A stretch of 64,000 nucleotides of DNA, taken from Pristiophorus japonicus (Eukaryota). The position numbers and the translations under genes are program-made. Location: the NCBI RefSeq assembly GCF_044704955.1, contig NW_027252668.1, positions 3,162,001 through 3,226,000 of the forward strand, written 5' to 3'. This document shows, in pieces, positions 62,687-64,000 of the stretch. Every line of letters starts with the position of its first letter. The first letter of the stretch is position 1. The notes beneath the pieces were generated by a model that saw nothing but the letters and a program-made list of their open reading frames with translations, was not told the origin of the DNA and searched no databases.

Positions 62687-64000
62687 ACTGCCCCTCTGAC
62701 AGTGCAGCACTCCCTCAGTACTGCCCCTCTGACAGTCCAGCGCTCCCTCAGTACAGACCCTCTGACAGTGCTGCACTCCCTCAGTACTGCCCCTCTGACA
62801 GTGCAGCGCACCCTCAGTACTGCCCCTCTGACAGTCCAGCTCTCCCTCAGTACTGCCCCTCTGACAGTGCAGTGCTCCCTCAGTTCTGACTCTCCAACAA
62901 TGCGGCGCTCCCTCAGTACTGCCCCTCCGACAGTGCGGCGCTCCCTCAGTACAGACCCACTGACAGTGCAGCACTCCCTCAGTACTGCCCCTCTGACAGT
63001 GCAGCGATCCCTCAGTACTGCCCTTCTGACAGTGCAGCACTCCCTCAGTACTGCCCCTCTGACAGTCCAGCGCTCCATCAGTACTGCCTCTCCGACAGTG
63101 CGGCACTCCCTCAGTACTGCCTCTCCGACAGTGCGGCGCACCCTCAGTACTGCCCCTCCGGCAGTGTGGTACTCGCTCAGTATTGCCCCTCTGACAGTGC
63201 AGCGCACCTCAGTACTGCCCCTCCGACAGTCCAGCTCTCCCTCAGTACTGCCCCTCTGACAGTGCAGTGCTCCCTCAGTTCTGACTTTCTGACAGTGCAG
63301 TGCTCCCTCAGTTCTGAACCTCCAACAATGAGGCGCTCCCTCAGTACTGCCCCTCCGGCAGTGCGGCGCTCCCTCAGTACTGCCCCTCTGACAGTGCGGC
63401 ACTCCCTCAGTACTGCCCCTCTGACAGTGCAGCACTCCCTCAGTACTGCCCCTCTGACAGTGCAGCGCTCCCTCAATACTGCCCTTCTGACAGTGCAGCA
63501 CTCCCTCAGTACTGCCCCTCCGACAGTGAAGTGCTCCCTCAGTACTGCCCCTCCATCAGTGCAGCGTTCCCTCAGTATTGCCCCTCAATCAGTGCAGCAC
63601 TCCCTCAGTAATGCCCCTCTGACAGTGCAGCACTCCCTCAGTACTGCCCCTCCATCAGTGCAGCGCTCCCTCAGTACTGCCCCTCCATCAGTGCAGCACT
63701 CCCTCAGTACTGCCCCTCTGACAGTGCAGCGCTTCCTCAGTAATGCCCCTCCATCAGTGCAGCGCTCCCTCAGTACTGCCCCTCTAACAGTGCAGCACTT
63801 CCTCAGTACTGCCCCTCCATCAGTGCAGCACTCCCTCAGTACTGCCCCTCTGACAGTGCAGCGCTCCCTCAGTACTGCCCCTCCATTAGTGCAGCAGTTC
63901 CTCAGTACTGCCCCTCCGACAGTGCAGCACTCCCTCAGTACTGCCCCTCTGATAGACCGGCGCTCCCTCAGTACTGACCCACTGACAGTGCAGCGCTCCC
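62678..64000. repeat. 33-bp satellite, ~40 copies, runs off the window
   Basis: cagtactgcccctctgacagtgcagcactccct repeated. Confidence 0.97.

Noticed and set aside
62678-64000. CRISPR-like regular ~33-bp repeats
   Set aside because: Head-to-tail monomers with no unique spacers, no cas genes, vertebrate context.

Overview
Vertebrate genomic DNA, most likely from a cartilaginous fish (shark); this is inferred from the CR1/HER1-type LINE tails, a Deu-domain SINE and the 33-bp satellite. The window is a repeat-rich, segmentally duplicated histone/zinc-finger locus. It holds one C2H2 zinc-finger gene (1204-2385, minus), intact replication-dependent H1, H4, H2A and two H2B genes with 3' stem-loops, and several broken histone copies (H1, H3, two H2A, three H2B remnants). 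Four tRNA-Gly(TCC)-derived pseudogenes are present, one with a Glu (TTC) anticodon. There are about 20 truncated CR1 pieces, three solo LTRs with target-site duplications, a Tx1-like fragment, two RTE-derived short elements, and several tandem arrays (a ~41-bp family plus 24, 30, 33 and 64-bp units). Three paralogous copies (A ~6.6-13.7 kb, B ~22.3-31.0 kb, C ~51.7-61.0 kb) of a unit [ZNF promoter/exon 1 - CR1 - H1 - H4 - H3 - H2A - H2B] have decayed through different deletions. The best leads are an H3 remnant that keeps promoter and 3' processing signals and could encode a 16-aa peptide, three first exons pointing at one ZNF exon across histone genes, and a 33-bp satellite that matches a segment of the SINE. 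All alignments were done by eye, repeat boundaries are approximate, and no function is demonstrated.
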